From an uncultured Gemmatimonadales bacterium (GTDB lineage: Bacteria > Gemmatimonadota > Gemmatimonadetes > Gemmatimonadales > GWC2-71-9), in contig CAWGSK010000002.1 in assembly GCA_963825055.1 (NCBI GenBank), forward strand, positions 136,455 through 200,454: DNA of 64,000 bases, written 5' to 3'. A program made the position numbers and the translations under genes. The number at the start of each line of letters is the position of its first letter. Within the stretch, counting starts at the first letter, position 1. The notes below the pieces were generated by a model that had not been told where the DNA came from, did no database searches, and saw only the letters and a list, made by a program, of their open reading frames with translations. Below, piece by piece: positions 21,170-32,905 of this stretch.

Positions 21170-22182
21170 ACCGTCTTCGCATCGGGGTGGTCGGCGCCGG
21201 GTCATGGGGCCGGAACCACCTCCGCACGATTGCCGGGTCGGCCGAGACTGAACTGACGGCCGTCTGCGACGCGAATGCCACCGTCCGCGACAAGCTGGCC
21301 CGCCAGTATCCGGGCACGCATTTCACCGCCGACCTGGACGACCTCCTTGGGCGGGTGGATGCGGTCATCGTGGCCACCCCGGCGCGCTCCCACGCCGAAC
21401 TGGGTATGCGTGCAGTGGATGCGGGGGTGCCGGTGCTGGTGGAGAAGCCGTTCGCGCTGACCGTTCCTGACGCCGAGAAGCTGGTCCGGCTCTCGGCCGA
21501 CCGCGGCGTGCCGGTGCTGGTCGGCCACCTGCTGGAGTACCACCCGGTCGTGGAGCGCCTCCGGGCCATGATCGCGATCGGGGACCTGGGAGAGGTCTAC
21601 TATCTCTATTCCCAGCGGGTGAACCTGGGGCAGGTCCGCCCGGATGAAAACGCCCTGTGGAGCTTCGGTCCGCACGACATCTCAGTGGCCCTCTTCTTGC
21701 TTGGTGAGGCTCCCGCGTCGGTGGCTGCGCAGGGGCATTCGTATCTCCAGAAGGGCATTGAAGATATCGTATTCCTCCACATGAACTTCCGCTCGGGAAT
21801 CATGGCCCACGTGCAACTGTCGTGGCTCGACCCCCACAAGGAGCGGCGGCTGACTGTGGTGGGCTCGAAGCAGATGGCGGTGTTTGACGACATGGCCGGG
21901 CGCGAGAAGCTCCGGATCTACGACAAGGGCGTCGACCGCCCGCCCGAATACGGATCCTATGGCGAGAGCCTGGCGATCCGGGAAGGCGACATTTCGATCC
22001 CGCGGCTGTCCAATGTGGAGCCGCTGGCGGCGCAGTTACGCCATTTCACGCAGGTGGTCCGGGGGGAAACTGCTCCCCGGGCCGACGCCGCGGACGGCCT
22101 CCGCACCGTGCGGGTCCTCGAGGCGGCGAGCCGATCGCTCGCCGCGGGCGGGTCGCCGGTCTCTGTTGAGGGGATAACATGA
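21166..22182 (+). CDS. Gfo/Idh/MocA oxidoreductase, WbpB-like
   Basis: GVVGAGSWG, VLVEKP and GPHD. Confidence 0.85.
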   Translation: MNRLRIGVVGAGSWGRNHLRTIAGSAETELTAVCDANATVRDKLARQYPGTHFTADLDDLLGRVDAVIVATPARSHAELGMRAVDAGVPVLVEKPFALTVPDAEKLVRLSADRGVPVLVGHLLEYHPVVERLRAMIAIGDLGEVYYLYSQRVNLGQVRPDENALWSFGPHDISVALFLLGEAPASVAAQGHSYLQKGIEDIVFLHMNFRSGIMAHVQLSWLDPHKERRLTVVGSKQMAVFDDMAGREKLRIYDKGVDRPPEYGSYGESLAIREGDISIPRLSNVEPLAAQLRHFTQVVRGETAPRADAADGLRTVRVLEAASRSLAAGGSPVSVEGIT

Positions 22183-23465
22183 CGAACGCGCAGGAACTGA
22201 TTGCGAAGGCGGAACGCCGCGAGGTGCTGTTCGGGGTCATCGGGCTGGGCTACGTGGGCCTCCCGCTGGCCGTAGAACTGGCGGGCGCGGGGTATCGCGT
22301 GCTGGGATACGACGTCAATCCTGATGTGGTGGAGGGCCTGAACGGCGGCCACTCCCATGTCAAGGACATCACCGACGCGCAACTCCAGGCGGTCCTGAAG
22401 AAAGGTCTCTTCCGGGCGACGGCCGATGCCGGTGAACTGGGCGAACCCGACGCGATCTCCATCTGCGTTCCAACGCCGCTGTCCAAGTTCAAGGATCCGG
22501 ACGTCAGCTACATCGTCGCCGCGACCAACGCCGTGAAGCAGACGCTCCGCAAGGGACAGGCGATCATCCTCGAAAGCACGACCTACCCGGGAACGACCCG
22601 GGAGATCATGCTGCCGGCCCTCGAGGAGAACGGGCTCAAGGTGGGAGAGGATTTCTTCCTCGCCTTCAGCCCCGAACGGGTGGATCCGGGCAATCCCACG
22701 TACGGTACCCGGAATACGCCGAAGGTCGTGGGCGGGATTACCGAGGCGTGCCGGAAGGTGGCGGTCGCGCTGTACCAGCCGGCCATCGAGACGCTGGTCG
22801 AGGTCAGCACCACCGAGGCCGCCGAGCTGGTGAAGCTGCTCGAGAACACCTTCCGCAGCGTGAACATCGGCCTGGTGAACGAGATGGCGATCGTCTGCGA
22901 CAAGCTGGGCGTGGACGTCTGGGAGGTGATCGAGGCGGCGGCGACCAAGCCGTTCGGCTTCATGAAGTTCCTCCCGGGCCCCGGCCTGGGCGGTCACTGC
23001 ATCCCGATCGACCCGCACTACCTCGCCTGGAAGATGCGTGGGCTCAATTACAAGACACGGTTCATCGACCTGGCTGGCGAACTCAATACCGAGATGCCGA
23101 ACTTCTGGGTGCGGAAAGTGGGGGACGCACTCAACGATCATGGCAAGGCGGTACGAGGCGCCTCCGTCTTCGTGCTCGGCGTCGCCTACAAGCGCGACAT
23201 CGAGGATCTCCGCGAGAGTCCTGCCCTGGACATTATCCGCCTCCTTGAGCAGCAGGGCGCCAAGGTGACGTACCACGATCCGCATGTGGCGCGCTTCCGG
23301 GAGGACGGACATGAGGTGCACTCCGTCGCGCTCACGCCCGAGACGCTCAAGGCGGCGGACTGCGTCATGATCGTCACGGACCATCAGGCGATTGACTGGG
23401 GGATGGTCAAGGCGCATGCGCGTGCCGTCGTGGATACGCGCCACGTGCTCGCCGGTCTCGCCTGA
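22179..23465 (+). CDS. UDP-N-acetylhexosamine 6-dehydrogenase, WbpA/WecC-like
   Basis: GLGYVGLP, ESTTYPG, FSPER and GGHCIPIDP. Confidence 0.9.
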   Translation: MTNAQELIAKAERREVLFGVIGLGYVGLPLAVELAGAGYRVLGYDVNPDVVEGLNGGHSHVKDITDAQLQAVLKKGLFRATADAGELGEPDAISICVPTPLSKFKDPDVSYIVAATNAVKQTLRKGQAIILESTTYPGTTREIMLPALEENGLKVGEDFFLAFSPERVDPGNPTYGTRNTPKVVGGITEACRKVAVALYQPAIETLVEVSTTEAAELVKLLENTFRSVNIGLVNEMAIVCDKLGVDVWEVIEAAATKPFGFMKFLPGPGLGGHCIPIDPHYLAWKMRGLNYKTRFIDLAGELNTEMPNFWVRKVGDALNDHGKAVRGASVFVLGVAYKRDIEDLRESPALDIIRLLEQQGAKVTYHDPHVARFREDGHEVHSVALTPETLKAADCVMIVTDHQAIDWGMVKAHARAVVDTRHVLAGLA

Positions 23466-23467
23466 TC

Positions 23468-24772
23468 ATGCGGGTGGCCATCGTCGGGAGCGGGTACGTC
23501 GGCCTGGTGGCCGGTGCCTGCCTGGCCGAGACCGGTAACAACGTCATCTGCGCGGACGTGGACGAGGGCAAGATCGCACGCCTGCGCGACAATGACGTCC
23601 CGATCTACGAGCCGGGGCTCGAGCCCTTGATCCGGTCGAACCAGGCCGAGGGCCGGCTCACCTTCACCACCGACGTGGACGATGCCGTCCGCCAGAGCCG
23701 GGTCGTGTTCATCGCAGTGGGCACGCCTCCCGGGGAGGACGGATCAGCCGACCTCCAGCATGTGCTGGCCGTCGCCCGGACCATCGGCCGCAACATGAAC
23801 GGCCCCAAGGTCATCATCACCAAGTCCACCGTCCCGGTTGGCACCGCGGAGAAGGTTCGCTCGACCATCGCCGCCGAGACGGACGTGGCGTTCTCGGTTT
23901 GCAGCAACCCCGAGTTCCTCAAGGAAGGCGCCGCGATCGACGATTTCATGAAGCCCGATCGCGTGGTGGTCGGGGTGGACTCGGAGGAAGCGCGCCGGGT
24001 GCTGGCGGACCTGTATGCCCCGTTCGTGCGCACCGGCAACCCGATCCTCTTCATGGACATCGCCTCGGCGGAGGTCACGAAGTACGCCGCCAATGCGATG
24101 CTGGCGACGCGCATCAGCTTCATGAACCAGATCGCGGCCTTCTGCGAGGCGACCGGTGCGGATGTGCAGGCCGTCCGGCGCGGCATCGGCTCGGACCGGC
24201 GCATCGGTCCGGCGTTCCTCTTCCCCGGACCGGGGTACGGCGGGTCGTGCTTTCCGAAGGACGTGAAGGCGCTGGTCCGCTCCGCCCGCGAGCGCGGGCT
24301 CGACTTCGAGCTGCTCGACGCCGTCGAATCGGTGAACGAGCGCCAGAAGCGGGTCCTGCTCACGAAGGTCCTTCGCGCCCTCGGGGACGACCTTGCCGGC
24401 AAGGCCGTGGCCGTCTGGGGGCTGGCGTTCAAGGCGGAGACCGACGACATGCGGGAGAGCCCCTCCATCCCGCTGGTGGAAGGGCTCCTCGCGGCCGGCG
24501 CCGAGGTGCGGGTTCACGACCCGAAGGCACACGAGAGCGCCAGTGCCGTCTTCGGCGACCGGGTGCGGTATGCCGACGATCCGTACACCGCAACCGAGGG
24601 CGCCGACGCGCTGGTCATCGTGACGGAGTGGCTGGTGTACCGGAACCCCGACTTCGACCGGCTTTCCACGGCGCTCCGGCGCCCGCTCATCATTGACGGT
24701 CGCAACCTCTATGACGCGGGGCGGCTCGCCGCCCTCGGCTTCGAGTATCACGGGATCGGACGGCGGGCATGA
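23468..24772 (+). CDS. ugd: UDP-glucose 6-dehydrogenase
   Basis: [16 protein letters not shown] and [10 protein letters not shown]. Confidence 0.93.
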   Translation: MRVAIVGSGYVGLVAGACLAETGNNVICADVDEGKIARLRDNDVPIYEPGLEPLIRSNQAEGRLTFTTDVDDAVRQSRVVFIAVGTPPGEDGSADLQHVLAVARTIGRNMNGPKVIITKSTVPVGTAEKVRSTIAAETDVAFSVCSNPEFLKEGAAIDDFMKPDRVVVGVDSEEARRVLADLYAPFVRTGNPILFMDIASAEVTKYAANAMLATRISFMNQIAAFCEATGADVQAVRRGIGSDRRIGPAFLFPGPGYGGSCFPKDVKALVRSARERGLDFELLDAVESVNERQKRVLLTKVLRALGDDLAGKAVAVWGLAFKAETDDMRESPSIPLVEGLLAAGAEVRVHDPKAHESASAVFGDRVRYADDPYTATEGADALVIVTEWLVYRNPDFDRLSTALRRPLIIDGRNLYDAGRLAALGFEYHGIGRRA

Positions 24773-25704
24773 GGGTTCTCATTACGGGCGCGGCCGGTTT
24801 CCTCGGTTCCCACCTGACCGACCGGTTCATCGCCGACGGGCATGAGGTCGTCGGGATGGACAACTTCATCACCGGCTCACCGGACAACATCGCCCATCTT
24901 GCCGGGCACCCGAACTTCCGGTTCATCCAGCACGACGTCACCAACTTCATCTACGTGGACGGGCCGCTGCACGGCGTGCTGCACTTCGCCTCGCCCGCCA
25001 GCCCGCGCGACTACCTCGAACTGCCCATCCAGACGCTCAAGGTCGGGTCGCTCGGCAGCCACAAGGCGCTGGGCCTCGCGAAGGCGAAGGGGGCCCGCTT
25101 CCTCCTGGCCAGCACTTCCGAGGTCTACGGCGACCCGCAGGTGCATCCGCAGCCGGAGACCTACTGGGGCCACGTGAACCCCGTCGGGCCGCGCGGCGTG
25201 TATGACGAGGCAAAGCGCTTCGCCGAGGCCATGACCATGGCCTACCACCGGTTCCATGGCATGGATACGCGGATCGTGCGCATTTTCAACACCTACGGCC
25301 CCCGGATGCGGGCACTCGATGGCCGGGTGGTGTCAAATTTCGTGGTGCAGGCCCTCTCGAACGAACCGATTACCATCTACGGCGATGGCGGGCAGACCCG
25401 CTCGTTCTGCTACGTGTCCGACCTCGTCGATGGCATCGTCCGCCTCTTCCACAGCGAGCGGACCGATCCCTGCAACGTGGGGAACCCGAAGGAATTCACC
25501 GTGCTCGAGCTGGCCGAGCTGATCCTGTCCCAGACCGGTTCGGCCTCGACCCTCACCCGGCACCCGCTCCCCACCGACGACCCGAAGGTGCGCAAGCCCG
25601 ACATCACGGTCGCGCGTGAGGTGCTGGGCTGGGAACCGCAGGTGGACCTCGCCGAGGGTCTCCGCCGCACCATCGAGCACTTCCGCCAGACCCTGCCGTC
25701 GTGA
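24769..25704 (+). CDS. UDP-glucuronate decarboxylase (UDP-xylose synthase)
   Basis: [28 protein letters not shown] and DGRVVSNF. Confidence 0.9.
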   Translation: MRVLITGAAGFLGSHLTDRFIADGHEVVGMDNFITGSPDNIAHLAGHPNFRFIQHDVTNFIYVDGPLHGVLHFASPASPRDYLELPIQTLKVGSLGSHKALGLAKAKGARFLLASTSEVYGDPQVHPQPETYWGHVNPVGPRGVYDEAKRFAEAMTMAYHRFHGMDTRIVRIFNTYGPRMRALDGRVVSNFVVQALSNEPITIYGDGGQTRSFCYVSDLVDGIVRLFHSERTDPCNVGNPKEFTVLELAELILSQTGSASTLTRHPLPTDDPKVRKPDITVAREVLGWEPQVDLAEGLRRTIEHFRQTLPS

Positions 25705-26669
25705 CCCGGGTCGTGGTCACCGGGGCAGCCGGGTTCATCGGCTCGCATCTCAGCGGGGCGCTGCTCGCGCGCGGCGACGAGGTCGTCGGTATCGACAACT
25801 TCGACCCCTTCTACCCGCGCGAGATCAAGGAAGCGAACCTCCGCGCCATCGGCACGCCCGCCGCTTTCGCCTTTCATGAGGTCGACATCCTCGACCGCGA
25901 GCGTGTCCAGGCGCTGCTCACGCCGGAGACAGTCATCGTCCACCTCGCCGCGCGCCCCGGCGTCCGTCCGTCCATTGCGGACCCGGCCGGGTACGCCCGT
26001 GTGAACCTCGAGGGCACGGCCGCGGTCGCCGTGGCCGCCCAGGCCGCGGGAGTGTCCCGCTTCGTCTTCGGCTCGTCTTCTTCGGTGTACGGCGATGATA
26101 CCCCCGTGCCGTTCCGCGAGGACGCCATCGCGATCCACCCGATGTCGCCCTATGCGGCCTCCAAGCGCGGTGGGGAACTCCTGCTGTCCGCGCTGGCCCC
26201 GCTGGGCGGACTGCGGGCAGCGGCGCTCCGTTTCTTCACGGTATACGGCCCGCGTCAGCGCCCGGATCTTGCCATCCACGCCTTTGCGCGGAAGCTGGCC
26301 CGGGGCGAGGCCCTGACGCTCTTCGGTGACGGGAGCCAGTCACGCGATTATACCTACTGTGACGACATCGTCGCCGGTGTCCTCGCGGCGATCGACTGGA
26401 CCGCGGGAGCTCCCGTCGGGATGGAGATTTTCAACCTCGGCGGGAACCACCCGGTGCCGTTGCGGGAGATGGTGGACGCGGTGGCCCGCGCGATGGGCCG
26501 CACGCCGGTCGTGGAGTGGGCGCCGATGCAGCCCGGCGACGTTCAGCATACCTTTGCGGACCTTGCCAAGTCCGGCCGGGTGCTGGGTTACCGCCCGCAG
26601 GTGTCATTCGAGGAAGGATTACAGCGGTTCGCCGCCTGGTTCGAGGAAACGCATGGACGTCAGCGCTGA
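25701..26669 (+). CDS. UDP-glucuronate 4-epimerase-like SDR
   Basis: [29 protein letters not shown] and QPGDV. Confidence 0.85.
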   Translation: MTRVVVTGAAGFIGSHLSGALLARGDEVVGIDNFDPFYPREIKEANLRAIGTPAAFAFHEVDILDRERVQALLTPETVIVHLAARPGVRPSIADPAGYARVNLEGTAAVAVAAQAAGVSRFVFGSSSSVYGDDTPVPFREDAIAIHPMSPYAASKRGGELLLSALAPLGGLRAAALRFFTVYGPRQRPDLAIHAFARKLARGEALTLFGDGSQSRDYTYCDDIVAGVLAAIDWTAGAPVGMEIFNLGGNHPVPLREMVDAVARAMGRTPVVEWAPMQPGDVQHTFADLAKSGRVLGYRPQVSFEEGLQRFAAWFEETHGRQR

Positions 26670-27360
26670 CCACCTGCTCGCCCGGGCCCGCGAACGGTTC
26701 GCGGTCCAGGACTATTACGGGGCCATCCACCTGCTCGAGGATATCATCGCGAGCGGACGGGCCTTCGCTGATGCCTACCACCTGCTTGGTGTCTCGTTCA
26801 GCCTGCTCGGCCAGCAGGAACGCGCGCTGCGCCACTTCGACAAGGCGCTGGCGCTGAACGCGCGGTACTTCGAGGCCCATGTCCACCGCGGCATCGTGCT
26901 GAACGAACTGGGCCGTCGCGAGGAAGCCGACGAGGCCTTCCGGCTCGCCGCGTCCGCGACGCCGGCACCCGTCGGGCGGCTCCCCGGACCACTCGCGGCC
27001 AATCTGGCCAACCAGCACGCCGAGCTGGGCCAGGCCTATGCCGAGGCAGGGGCCCCCGATGAAGCCATCCGGGAGTACCGTCGTGCCATGGAACTGGGTC
27101 CCACGTTTGCGGACCTGCGCTACCGGCTCGCCCGGCTCCTGCTCGAAACGGGGCATGTGCTCGAAGGCCGGGACGAACTGGAGCGGGTTGTGCGGGAACG
27201 CCCGAACTTTCTCACCGCCCAGGCGGCACTCGGGCTGGCCCGGTACCTCTCCGGCGATGCCGGTGGCGCCGAGGAAGTGTGGCACAAGGTGCTCGAGAAG
27301 CGCCCGGCTGACGCGCGGGTGGAGGCCTACCTCGCGATGATGGAGCGCAACGACTCGTGA
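26653..27360 (+). CDS. Tetratricopeptide repeat protein
   Basis: Several TPR helices (ADAYHLLG, AHVHRG, ADLRYRLA). GAGG RBS. Confidence 0.8.
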   Translation: MDVSADHLLARARERFAVQDYYGAIHLLEDIIASGRAFADAYHLLGVSFSLLGQQERALRHFDKALALNARYFEAHVHRGIVLNELGRREEADEAFRLAASATPAPVGRLPGPLAANLANQHAELGQAYAEAGAPDEAIREYRRAMELGPTFADLRYRLARLLLETGHVLEGRDELERVVRERPNFLTAQAALGLARYLSGDAGGAEEVWHKVLEKRPADARVEAYLAMMERNDS

Positions 27361-28253
27361 GGCGGTGGTGGGTCCTGGCACTGGTGGGGCTGGTAGCGTG
27401 CGGCTCGGCGGCCGATCATGAGCGCCTGGGCGACGATGCGGTCGCATCGGGAGACCTCACCCTCGCCCTGGCCGAGTACCAGGCCGCCGGGCAGGGGCCG
27501 CTCAAGCCCCGGCTCCTGGCCAAGCTCGGCACGACCGCCCTCCAGGCCGAGGCCTGGTCCGAGGCGGTCGACGCGTTTCGCAGCCTTGGTGCCGCCGACC
27601 CAGCCCGTGCCATACAGGCCGCGACCGGGCTCGAGCTGGCCGCCCGGGGCGCTCTCGCCTCCGGCGACATGGCCGCCCTCCGGGACGCAGTTCTCTCGCT
27701 CCGCACGGTGGCGCCGGAGCGGCTCGACGGCCAGGCCGCCCTCGCCCTGGTACAGTCGGGGACTCTGGCGCCGGACGAGGCGATTACTCTCCTGCCGTAC
27801 GCGCTCGCCGCGGCTCCGGGCGCAGCGGTGGTCGATTCGCTGCTTGCACGATATGGCGATGCCTACCGCCGGACGGCGGCCTGCGAGGACGCGGTCCGCA
27901 TCTACCGCACCCTGGCGCGGCGGGCGGGTGTGGACCGCGAGGCGGCAGCGGACGGCCTCGCCCAGTGCGCGCTCACCCTCGGCCGCGACGCGGATGACCT
28001 GAACCGCCCGGGCGATGCCGAACACTGGTACCGCGTGGCGAGCAGGGCAGTACCCGAGTCGCCGACCGGCCGGGCCGCCCTGCTTGGCCTCGCGAATGTG
28101 CGAGCGGCTGAGGGAGACACGGCCGAAGCTTCGGCCGCATTGGAAACCGCCATCCGCCGGGGGAGTCCCGCCGACTCCCTGAGCCAGATGGCCTTACAGC
28201 GTTTGACGGCGCTCGGCTTGGGCGCTGCATCAACCCGGGACGTGCAGCCGTAA
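27357..28253 (+). CDS. TPR-like lipoprotein
   Basis: Lipobox LVAC, helical Ala-rich repeats, overlaps on both sides. Confidence 0.7.
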   Translation: MRRWWVLALVGLVACGSAADHERLGDDAVASGDLTLALAEYQAAGQGPLKPRLLAKLGTTALQAEAWSEAVDAFRSLGAADPARAIQAATGLELAARGALASGDMAALRDAVLSLRTVAPERLDGQAALALVQSGTLAPDEAITLLPYALAAAPGAAVVDSLLARYGDAYRRTAACEDAVRIYRTLARRAGVDREAAADGLAQCALTLGRDADDLNRPGDAEHWYRVASRAVPESPTGRAALLGLANVRAAEGDTAEASAALETAIRRGSPADSLSQMALQRLTALGLGAASTRDVQP

Positions 28254-29044
28254 TGACTCCGAATCCCCTGAAGCCCGTTGTCGTTCTTCTTGTCCTCGGT
28301 GCCTGCGCGCGCGGCGGCCCACGCGTGAATGCCGTTCCGGATACTGCCCCGCAGATTGCGGAGGCGGCCGACTCCGCCACGGTGGACAGCCTCTGGGAGC
28401 ACGCGCAGGCCAGGTTCCGCCGTGGCAAGTGGAGTGATGCCGCGGTTGATTTCGAGCGCCTCGTGCTGGAGATGCGTCCGGGGGACACGCGCATCGCCCA
28501 GGTGCACTTCTTCACGGGCGAGTCCTATTTCGCAATGAAGGACCAGCTCCGCGCCGCCCGGGAATTCCGGAAGGTGTCCGACGAGATGCCCAACGCGCCG
28601 CTCGCGCCGCGGGCCCTGCTCCGCGTGGGCGATGCGTACCGCGACCTCTGGCGGCGTCCCGAACTGGATCCCTCATACGGCCTGACGGCCCTGTCGACCT
28701 ACCGGGAACTGGCGAACCGCTATCCCCAGTCCGACGCCGCCAAGGTGGCCCAGGCCCGGATCAGCGAACTGGAGGAGTGGTTCGCAAAGAAGGAGTTCAA
28801 GGCCGCCGAGTACTACCTCAAGCTCAAGGTGTGGGACTCCGCCATCATTTACCTGAAGGACCTGGCGGCGACGTACCCGCGAGCCTCGGTGACGCCGCAC
28901 GCGCTCATCGAGCTGGTGGATGCCTACCGCAAGCTGGGCTACACTGAAGACGTCAACGAGACCTGCGGCTATCTGCGCCAGTACCATCCGAACCTCGAGG
29001 AGACGGACGAGCACTGCCCGGCGCCCCCCTCGGGCACGGGCTGA
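28253..29044 (+). CDS. bamD: Outer membrane protein assembly factor BamD
   Basis: Lipobox LGAC, YfiO-type TPRs and RYPQS...AKKEFKAAEYY. Confidence 0.8.
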   Translation: MTPNPLKPVVVLLVLGACARGGPRVNAVPDTAPQIAEAADSATVDSLWEHAQARFRRGKWSDAAVDFERLVLEMRPGDTRIAQVHFFTGESYFAMKDQLRAAREFRKVSDEMPNAPLAPRALLRVGDAYRDLWRRPELDPSYGLTALSTYRELANRYPQSDAAKVAQARISELEEWFAKKEFKAAEYYLKLKVWDSAIIYLKDLAATYPRASVTPHALIELVDAYRKLGYTEDVNETCGYLRQYHPNLEETDEHCPAPPSGTG

Positions 29045-29052
29045 TTGCCGGC

Positions 29053-29616
29053 ATGATCGGCCTCCTCGGCGGATCCTTCGACCCCATCCATCACGGGCAC
29101 CTGATTGGCGGCCGGCGTCTCCTGGAGGCGCTTGGCCTCGAGACCATCCGCTTCATGCCTGCCCGGGAGCAGCCCTTCAAGCAGGGGCGCCACGGCGCTC
29201 CCGCCGCCAACCGGGCTCGGATGGTGGAACTCGCCATCGCCGGGGAGTCGGGGTTCGCGCTGGAGCGCTGCGAACTCGAGCGGCCCGGTCCTTCCTACAC
29301 GATCGATACCCTCCGGCATCTCCGTGAGACCGAGCCCGGCATGGCCATCACCCTCCTGCTCGGCTCCGACGCCGCCCGGGAGCTGGACGACTGGCACGAA
29401 GCGGCCGCACTCCCGGACCTGGCCCGGATCGTCGTCTTCGGCCGGCCCGGTTCCCGACCACCGGCCTCACCGCTGGTGGAGACGGTGCTGGAGATCCCCG
29501 CCATCGGGATCAGCAGTACCGAAATCCGGGAGCGGGTGCGCCAGGGCCGCTCCATCCGGTACCTGGTCCCCCGGGCGGTGGCGGATTACATCGAGGCCGA
29601 ACGGTTGTATCTTTAA
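29053..29616 (+). CDS. nadD: Nicotinate-nucleotide adenylyltransferase
   Basis: [17 protein letters not shown] and ISSTEIR. Confidence 0.95.
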   Translation: MIGLLGGSFDPIHHGHLIGGRRLLEALGLETIRFMPAREQPFKQGRHGAPAANRARMVELAIAGESGFALERCELERPGPSYTIDTLRHLRETEPGMAITLLLGSDAARELDDWHEAAALPDLARIVVFGRPGSRPPASPLVETVLEIPAIGISSTEIRERVRQGRSIRYLVPRAVADYIEAERLYL

Positions 29617-29621
29617 GGGCT

Positions 29622-32600
29622 ATGATTCTCAAGAAGGCTATTACCAGGGTATTCGGCTCCCGGTTCGACCGGGAACGCCGCAAGCTCCAGCCCATACTCG
29701 ATGCGATCCACCGCGAGGAAGAGCGCCTCAAGGGCCTGAGTGAGAGCGAGCTCAAGGGCCAGACGGAGCGGTTCCGCGGTATCCTCGCCGAGCGCACCCG
29801 TGAGGTGAAGGACGAACTGGACCGGGTCGGGCGCGAGAAGCACGACTGCGCCGATCCGGTCGAGCGCGACCGGCTCGAACGGCGCCATGTCGAGCTGGAG
29901 GGGCAGTGGAAGGCCGAACTCGGCACGGTGCTGGACGAGATCCTGCCAGAGGCTTTCGCCACGGTGCGCGAGGCCTGTCGCCGGCTCATGGGCACCGAGG
30001 TCCAGGTCACCGGCCGCGCGCTGACGTGGGACATGGTCCCGTACGATGTCCAGCTGCTGGGCGGCATCGTGCTTCACCAGGGCAAGATCGCGGAGATGGC
30101 GACCGGCGAGGGCAAGACGCTGGTGGCCACGCTGCCGCTGTACCTCAACGCCCTCACCGGCCGGGGCGCGCACCTGGTCACGGTCAACAACTACCTGGCC
30201 CGCCGTGACAGTCACTGGATGGGGCACGTCTATAACTACCTTGGCCTCTCGGTAGCCGTCCTGGACGATACCGAGCCCTCCTCTCCGGAGCGCCGCGCCG
30301 CCTACCACGCCGACATCACGTACGGAACGAACAACGAATTCGGCTTCGATTACCTCCGCGACAACATGGTCTTCACGCTGGACCAGCGGGTGCAGCGGCC
30401 CCACGCCTACGCGATCATCGACGAGGTGGACTCGATCCTGATCGACGAGGCACGGACGCCGCTGATCATCTCGGGGCCGGTGGGGAACGAGGAGGACCAG
30501 CGCTATGGCCAGTTCAACCGGCCCGTGGCCGAGCTGGTGCGGAAGCAGGCCGGCGTTGTCAGCAACGTCCTGGCCCAGGCCGAGAAGCTCCTGCAGGAGC
30601 CGGATGGGCAGCACGAAGCCGGCCTGCGGCTGTACCAGGCCCACCTCGGCATGCCCAAGAACAAGAAGTTGCTCAAGCTGCTGAATGAAATGGGCAACAA
30701 GCAGCTGCTCCAGAAGATGGAACTGGAGGCGATCGCCGACCGCAAGCTGCCGATGAAGCAGCAGAAGCTGCGGGACCTCGAGGAGTCGCTCTACTTCGTG
30801 CTCGACGAGAAAGGCCACTCGGTGCACCTGACCGACATGGGTGCCGCCGCCCTCTCGCCGGGCGAGCCGGAGCTGTTCCTGGTGCCGGACATCTCGGAGG
30901 AGATCCATCAGGTCGAGAACGATCCGGACCTGTCCCCCGGCGAGCGCCTGGAGCGCCGGCGCGAAGTCGAAGCCGCGTACGCCGCCAAGAGCGAGAAACT
31001 CCACGCCATCCACAAGCTGCTTCAGGCCTACGCGCTCTACGAGAAGGACGTGGACTACGTGGTACAGGAGGGCCAGGTGCTGATCGTGGACGAGTTCACC
31101 GGCCGCCTCATGGCGGGCCGGCGCTGGTCCGACGGATTGCACCAGGCGGTGGAGGCGAAGGAAGGTGTGCAGGTGAAGGGCGAGACCCAGACGCTCGCCA
31201 CCATCACCATCCAGAACTACTTCCGGATGTACGACAAGCTCTCGGGCATGACGGGTACGGCCGAGACGGAGGAGACCGAGTTCTACCAGATCTACGGTCT
31301 CGAGGTGTCGGTCATACCGACACACCGCCCGATCGCCCGGGACGACCGGCACGACCGGATCTACAAGACACGCCGCGAGAAGTACAACGCGATCGTGGAC
31401 GAAGTCGAGCGCCAGCACGAACTCGGCCTGCCGGTGCTGATCGGCACCGTCACGGTGGAGGTGTCGGAGACATTGAGCCGCCAGCTCAAGCGCCGCGGCC
31501 TCAAGCACGAGGTGCTGAACGCCAAGTTCCACCAGCGTGAGGCCGAGATCGTGGCGGGCGCCGGCCAGAAGGGCGCGATTACCATCGCGACCAACATGGC
31601 CGGCCGCGGCACCGACATCAAGCTGGGCAAGGACCTGGACCTCAAGCTCGATGAGGCCGGCCTCCAGATCATCGGCACCGAGCGGCACGAGTCCCGGCGG
31701 ATCGACCGCCAGTTGCGCGGCCGCTCCGGCCGCCAGGGCGATCCCGGCGCTACCGTCTTCTACATCTCTCTCGAAGACGACCTCATGCGGCTCTTTATCT
31801 CGGATCGTATCGCCGGGATGATGGACAAGACCGGGGTGGAGGAGGGAGAGGTCATCTCGCACCCGTGGGTCACGCGCGCCATCGGCAAGGCCCAGCAGCG
31901 GGTCGAGCTCCAGAACTTCCAGCAGCGGAAGCGGCTGCTCGAATATGACGACGTCATGAACCAGCAGCGGGAGGTGATCTACTCCCTCCGCCTGTTCGCG
32001 CTCGAGCGGGGCGAGGAGCTCAAGGCCGAGGCCCGCCGCATGATCCAGGACGCGCTGGAGCGCGAGGTGCGGCTCTGGCTGGCCCAGGCGGCCCGTCCCG
32101 AGGAGTACGACCTCGCCGGACTGCACGCCCGCCTGCTGACCCAGTACCTCGTGGCCGTGGACGGCATCGACGGCGTCACGGACACGATGGACGAGTCGGC
32201 GGTCCTGGAGGCGGTGTACGAGGCCGGGGAACAGACGTTCCAGCGGAAGCTGGCCTACCTCCATGACTTCGGTCGCACCATCAACGTGGGCGACGTCGAC
32301 AGCCAGGTGCTCTCGCAGGTGACGCTCAGTGTCATCGACGAGAAGTGGAAGGACCACCTCTACGACCTCGACCAGCTCCGGAACGCGATCCAGTACCGCG
32401 CATACGGGCAGAAGGACCCGCTCGTCGAGTACAAGCGTGAGGCCTTCGAGATGTTCGAGGGGCTCATGGACGACCTGCACGCGGCGTTCACCGAGCGCTT
32501 CCTCAAGATCCAGGTTTCGGCCCAGCCCCCGGCGCCCGCCCGGCGGCCTCCGCCGGCGGAGGCCACCCGGGGCCCGGATGACCTGTTCGCGCCGGCCACG

Positions 32601-32774
32601 CGCCGCGCTCCGGTGGATGGCGCGGCCGCGGGCCCCTCCGTTCCGGCGCCCCCGGTCGCGACCAACCTTGGCCGGGTACCCCAGCAGGGGACCACAGTCC
32701 CCGAGGTCGGCCGGAACGATCCCTGCCCCTGTGGGTCTGGCAGGAAGTACAAGAAGTGCCACGGGGCAAACTGA
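29622..32774 (+). CDS. secA: Preprotein translocase subunit SecA
   Basis: [35 protein letters not shown] and [17 protein letters not shown]. Confidence 0.98.
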   Translation: MILKKAITRVFGSRFDRERRKLQPILDAIHREEERLKGLSESELKGQTERFRGILAERTREVKDELDRVGREKHDCADPVERDRLERRHVELEGQWKAELGTVLDEILPEAFATVREACRRLMGTEVQVTGRALTWDMVPYDVQLLGGIVLHQGKIAEMATGEGKTLVATLPLYLNALTGRGAHLVTVNNYLARRDSHWMGHVYNYLGLSVAVLDDTEPSSPERRAAYHADITYGTNNEFGFDYLRDNMVFTLDQRVQRPHAYAIIDEVDSILIDEARTPLIISGPVGNEEDQRYGQFNRPVAELVRKQAGVVSNVLAQAEKLLQEPDGQHEAGLRLYQAHLGMPKNKKLLKLLNEMGNKQLLQKMELEAIADRKLPMKQQKLRDLEESLYFVLDEKGHSVHLTDMGAAALSPGEPELFLVPDISEEIHQVENDPDLSPGERLERRREVEAAYAAKSEKLHAIHKLLQAYALYEKDVDYVVQEGQVLIVDEFTGRLMAGRRWSDGLHQAVEAKEGVQVKGETQTLATITIQNYFRMYDKLSGMTGTAETEETEFYQIYGLEVSVIPTHRPIARDDRHDRIYKTRREKYNAIVDEVERQHELGLPVLIGTVTVEVSETLSRQLKRRGLKHEVLNAKFHQREAEIVAGAGQKGAITIATNMAGRGTDIKLGKDLDLKLDEAGLQIIGTERHESRRIDRQLRGRSGRQGDPGATVFYISLEDDLMRLFISDRIAGMMDKTGVEEGEVISHPWVTRAIGKAQQRVELQNFQQRKRLLEYDDVMNQQREVIYSLRLFALERGEELKAEARRMIQDALEREVRLWLAQAARPEEYDLAGLHARLLTQYLVAVDGIDGVTDTMDESAVLEAVYEAGEQTFQRKLAYLHDFGRTINVGDVDSQVLSQVTLSVIDEKWKDHLYDLDQLRNAIQYRAYGQKDPLVEYKREAFEMFEGLMDDLHAAFTERFLKIQVSAQPPAPARRPPPAEATRGPDDLFAPATRRAPVDGAAAGPSVPAPPVATNLGRVPQQGTTVPEVGRNDPCPCGSGRKYKKCHGAN

Positions 32775-32799
32775 CGGCGGGCAGCGAACAGCGAAACGG

Positions 32800-32834
32800 G
32801 AGGGTGGGGTGCCGCAGGCACTCCACCCTCTTTT
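32800..32834 (+). terminator. Intrinsic terminator after secA
   Basis: GAGGGTGGGGTGCC-GCA-GGCACTCCACCCTC followed by TTTT. Confidence 0.8.
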
Positions 32835-32905
32835 CGTGCGTGGCTTTGATGCCGACGGGATGATTGCGGTGGCCGGTCATTGACGCGGGCGGGCTATCGT
32901 GGCAC

